The notes beneath the pieces were generated by a model. That model did not search any database. It saw only the letters and a program-made list of their open reading frames with translations, and had not been told where the DNA came from. This document shows positions 8,131 to 11,718 of a stretch of 11,718 nucleotides of DNA, one piece after another (positions within the stretch are counted from its first letter, which is position 1; every line of letters starts with the position of its first letter). The DNA comes from Octopus sinensis. Lineage: Eukaryota. The stretch lies in contig NW_021826927.1 in the NCBI RefSeq assembly GCF_006345805.1, forward strand, positions 1 through 11,718, in the 5' to 3' direction. The translations under genes were made by a program, and so were the position numbers.

Positions 8131-8623
8131 GATATAGAGTACGCTGTCTAAAGATTTAGGTCAGTGGCTATACCGCAAAGCCATCATGAAATGTAGGTCT
8201 TCAGACACATTAACCTCGTTTTCAAGGCGGAATTATTTTTGTTGAGAGAAAATGAGGAGATGAGAGGAACGATTTCGTGTTAACTTCCCTACTGAGGAGT
8301 AGTCAATGTGTTTCTATCTATGTGAGTAGTCGTGATAGAAACACACGTCTCCATTATATACACTTGCGTATTTAATTCCTTATTGTGTTGAAATCTATAA
8401 AGCGACAAAAGGAAATGCAGAGTAATTGTGTTAGGGATCAGATAAAAGAAGCACAACGCCATTTTAATTTATTTTTCAACTTCGTACATATTTTTTTTTT
8501 TTTTTTGCTTAATAAAAGTAGTTTTCTTTTCAAAATTAAACAAAAGTGAATATAATAACATTAGCGTGTTCTCTCGATAGCTACAATTGCTTTTTCAACG
8601 ATGAAAATTGTAACGTATAGTTA

Positions 8624-8693
8624 CACACATACACACATACACACAACTACGCTCACACGCGCACAAGCACACACACACACACGCATACATACA
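8624..8693. repeat. Imperfect (CA)n microsatellite
   Basis: Direct reading of the sequence. Confidence 0.9.
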
Positions 8694-8787
8694 CAGAGCT
8701 TTTTTTCACATTGTATTACTTTGTTTCTTTTTAAATTTCATTTTGAGAATTTATTTTCTCGTTTGCATGCACTCATTTAATCTTGTT

Positions 8788-8793
8788 CATGAC

Positions 8794-8832
<39 letters not shown>

Positions 8833-9250
8833 AATCATCATCATCATCATCATCGTCATCATCATCATCGCCAACGTTATCATCAATGCCATCTTCATCG
8901 TCGTCGACATCATCATCATAATCATCATCATCATAATCATCATCATCATTATCATCTTCATCATCATTCATATCATCATCATCATCATCATCATCACCAT
9001 CATCACCACCGTCATCTTCACCATCATCATCATCATCATCATCATCCTCATCATCATCATCATCATCATAATCATCATCATCGTCATCGTCGTCATCATC
9101 ATCATCATCATCATCGTCAACATCGTTATCATCATCGTCGTCATCATCATCGTCGTCGACATCATCATAATCATCACCACCATCATCATCATCATCATCA
9201 CCACCGTCATCTTCACCATCGTTATCGTCGTCGTCATCATCATCATCATC

Positions 9251-9282
<32 letters not shown>

Positions 9283-9526
9283 CGCCATCGTCATCATCAA
9301 TGCTATCTTCATCGTCGTCGACATCATCATCATCATCATCATCATCATCATTACCATCACCCTTACCGTCATCGTCAATGTCACCGTCATCACCATGACC
9401 AACACCCCACGTTCTAATCATCTTCCTCGTCCTCAACGTCATTATCAACATTATCCCCGCTATCAACACCACCACCACCACCATCACCATTTTCATCATC
9501 ATAATCATCATCATCATCGTCGTCGT
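8788..9526. repeat. Long interrupted (CAT)n tract with internal higher-order duplications
   Basis: Direct reading; accounts for the poly-H, poly-I, poly-D and poly-M ORFs. Confidence 0.95.
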
Positions 9527-9574
9527 CCTAACAAAAATCGAGTTACGCAGTATTATAATAAGTTTTAAGACCGT

Positions 9575-9688
9575 AGGCTTTGGTCGGCCCGAGGCTATAG
9601 TAGAAAACACTTGCCTTGCCCAAGGTGCCACGCAGTGGAACTGAACTCGGAACCATGTGGTTCGGAAGCAAGTTTCTTACCACACAAC
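9575..9688 (-). mobile_element. CORE-like SINE, 5'-region fragment
   Basis: Co-linear with 2300-2406 (GGCTTTGGTCGGCCCGAGGCTATAG...TTGCCCAAGGTGCCACGCAGTGG...GGAACCATGTGG); carries a 5-bp TTGCC duplication. Confidence 0.88.
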
Positions 9689-9690
9689 GT

Positions 9691-9870
9691 AGTCTTTATG
9701 AGAAAATCATATGAAATCCCGTAATTCTTAATTTCTATGACGACCTCTGGCTCGTGTTCATTCCACTTTTCTTCTACTTTCAATCCACACACTCGGCTTT
9801 CCTTCCAGTGTTCTATTTTATTAAAATATCTGCGCTTATACTCTTTTTGTGTTAGCTTACTGCATTCACA
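9691..9870 (-). mobile_element. Decayed R4/Dong-like (RLE-type) non-LTR retrotransposon fragment, part 2
   Basis: Translates ECSKLTQKEYKRR...HWK...KWNEHEPEVVIE...ISYDFLIKT. This matches the R4/Dong post-zinc-knuckle motif as I recall it (SECxKLAQKEYKRRHD...WYEHxPExVxE...ILWDF). Clade assignment is from memory. Confidence 0.8.
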
Positions 9871-10259
9871 GTGGAGGTGCAATGGTTCAGTGGTTAAGGC
9901 AGCGGACTCGTTATCGTAGGATCGCGGTTTTGATTCCCAGATCGGGTGTTGTGAGTGTTTATTGAGCGAAAATACCTAAAGCTTCACGATTCTCCAGCAG
10001 GAGGTAGTGGTGAACCCTGCTGTACACTTTCACCACAACATTCTCACACTCTTTCTTCCCGTCTCTGTTGTACCTCTATTTCAAAGGGCCAGCCTTGTCA
10101 CACTTTGCGTCACGCTGAATCCCCCCCCCCCCGAGAACTACGTTAAAAGTACACGTGTGTGTGGAGTGCTCAGCTACTTGCACGTTAAGTTCAGGAACAG
10201 GCTGATCCGTTTATCGGAGCAACTGGAACCTTCGTCGTCGTAACCGACGGACTGCCACG
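9871..10259 (+). mobile_element. tRNA-SINE, shared head with tail B, inserted into the R4/Dong-like fragment
   Basis: 9871-10058 matches 4917-4729(-). It has a different tail ending CGTCGTAACCGACGGACTGCCA. Flanked by a degenerate 12-bp TSD: ACTGCATTCACA (9859-9870) and ACTACATTCGGA (10260-10271). Confidence 0.9.
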
Positions 10260-10551
10260 ACTACATTCGGAGATAAGATGGTGAATACTTTCGTCTCTCT
10301 CCCATAAATTCTACACCGGTTCTCTGATTGAGATCTATCAATCTTTGCCTCTATCAAATTCGTCGTAATGGTTTGTTCATGAGTGGTTATAATAAGCGAT
10401 TAGGTTTCTCGTTTCAGGTTTCCATCCATCATCCACAACCAGCGTTCTACACTTCCAACATACACGATTTTGTTTCATGAATTGGTCGCATAATTCCTTC
10501 TCTTTCCGGCTGCTTGTTTTGCTGTTCGTTTTATCTGTTCTTGAATTCTGC
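10260..10551 (-). mobile_element. Decayed R4/Dong-like fragment, part 1 (zinc-knuckle region)
   Basis: With frameshifts and stops, the minus strand reads RKEKELCDQFMKQ / RWLWMMDGNLKRET*SLIITTHEQTITTNLIEAKIDRSQSENRCRIYGR / DESIHHLISECS. This matches the recalled WKEKxLHGQF...WLWLxxGxLKxETExLIxAAQEQAxxTNxIKAKID...CRxCxxxxExIxHxxSEC. Confidence 0.8.
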
Positions 10552-10576
10552 TAAACTTTACTATTTACTATTATGT

Positions 10577-10757
10577 TAAGACGGCGAGCTTGTATAATCG
10601 ATAATACGTCGGGCAAATTACTTACCGGCGGTTCGCCCGTCTTCACGTCCAGAATTCAAATTCCGCCGAAATAACATTCAGCATTGAAAAGGCTGTAATC
10701 AATTTACCCACTCCCCCCGAAATTGCTGGCCTTGTGCCAAAATTTTAAATCATATTT
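10577..10757 (+). mobile_element. Diverged, internally deleted SINE-M monomer with tail II
   Basis: Head TAAGACGGCGAGCTTG, B-box remnant AATTCAAATTCCGCCGA, and tail CCCCCGAAATTGCTGGCCTTGTGCC similar to 1500-1532. Confidence 0.7.
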
Positions 10758-10930
10758 TTATTATCATTGATGTTGTTGTTAGTAGTAGTGGTAGTAGTAA
10801 TAGTTGTAGTAGTAGTAGTATCTTAAACACAGACATACACACACATTCTCTCTCTCCCCTTTCTCTCTCTCTCACACACACATGCACACACATACATATC
10901 TTACAACTGTCTGCGATTGCTTCTCTTTCA
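10758..10930. repeat. Mixed (TTG/TAG)n, (CA)n and (CT)n microsatellites
   Basis: Direct reading of the sequence. Confidence 0.9.
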
Positions 10931-11004
10931 CACCCACACACACACGCACCGGATGTGATTGACTGAGAGAATAAAGCTGGATATATAAATCTCTATTTCC
11001 CCTA

Positions 11005-11011
11005 ATATATA

Positions 11012-11054
<43 letters not shown>

Positions 11055-11105
11055 ATATATTAATATATATATATATTTTATATAGAATATATATATATAT
11101 ATATA

Positions 11106-11142
<37 letters not shown>

Positions 11143-11150
11143 ATATATAG

Positions 11151-11232
<82 letters not shown>

Positions 11233-11315
11233 TATATATATATATAATAGTTATATAATATCTATTATATAATATATAATAATATATATATCTTATATAT
11301 ATATATAATATATAT
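11005..11315. repeat. (TA)n microsatellite
   Basis: Direct reading of the sequence. Confidence 0.97.
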
Positions 11316-11440
11316 CTATCGCGATATCATGGTTCGAGATCGCACAATCGTGGTTTCTGTCCCACATATATAATCACTTCACTTTCCTTTTAAACATTCA
11401 TGACAATTCTTTGAGGGAAAGAAAATACCTGTTGTTTCTT

Positions 11441-11614
11441 TTTGGAATTTGGTTTGCAAAATTCTTCATATGAGTTCGTGTGTTGAAGCATATTCTGTTG
11501 TGTCTGGGGAGAGTCATTCTCTTTTAGTAAAATTTCCACTATTTCTTATTTTATTTTCCTAAAATTTTCGTTGCGTCTTGCAACCTTTTCAATAGTTTTG
11601 ACTCTGTCCCTTAT
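11441..11614. repeat. Unclassified interspersed repeat, copy 2
   Basis: Co-linear with 2591-2800 in the same orientation. Confidence 0.85.
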
Positions 11615-11639
11615 TTACACTGCGTTCCCTTTTGTTTTT

Positions 11640-11718
11640 TGTGCGCATGTGTGTGGTTCAGTGTGTGTGTGTGTGTGTGTGTGCCTATACATGCATGCAT
11701 GTACGTATGTATGTGTGT
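11640..11718. repeat. (TG)n/(TATG)n microsatellite
   Basis: Direct reading of the sequence. Confidence 0.9.

Noticed and set aside
8292-8350. Hammerhead-like CTGAGGA...GAAACACACGTC
   Set aside because: Stem II cannot close (G faces A before GAAA), stem I does not form after GTC, and GAAAC is sequestered in the 12-bp inverted repeat.
8743-9631. Poly-His, poly-Ile, poly-Met and 284-aa poly-Asp ORFs as genes
   Set aside because: Several overlapping frames on both strands are open because of the CAT repeat, and the poly-Asp N-terminus derives from a SINE fragment.
10400-10480. Possible plus-strand splice acceptor (TTTCTCGTTTCAG) and exon
   Set aside because: The region is better explained as the minus-strand R4/Dong-like relic.
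11325-11365. Possible SINE head fragment (CATGGTTCGAG...GGTTTCTGTCCCAC)
   Set aside because: Too short and diverged to assign.

Overview
AT-rich eukaryotic repeat-dense DNA with no recognisable host protein-coding exon, rRNA or true tRNA gene. The SINE families and microsatellite load look like an octopus (coleoid cephalopod) intron or intergenic region; this is inferred from recalled repeat sequences, not a search. Family names are working labels. The window holds: (i) a CORE-like tRNA-SINE with an internal TA/TG microsatellite (one full copy, four fragments); (ii) 'SINE-M', a tRNA-like SINE that forms head-to-tail 184-bp multimers, with the same junction at three loci; (iii) two SINEs with a shared ~188-bp head and different tails; (iv) a further tRNA-SINE; (v) a 5'-truncated, 5'-inverted RTE-type LINE insertion with a perfect 10-bp target-site duplication (TSD); (vi) a decayed R4/Dong-like LINE fragment split by a SINE with a 12-bp TSD; (vii) many microsatellites, which explain most ORFs in the track. 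The best leads are the twin-priming-like RTE insertion and the fixed-junction SINE multimers whose unit ends are complementary.
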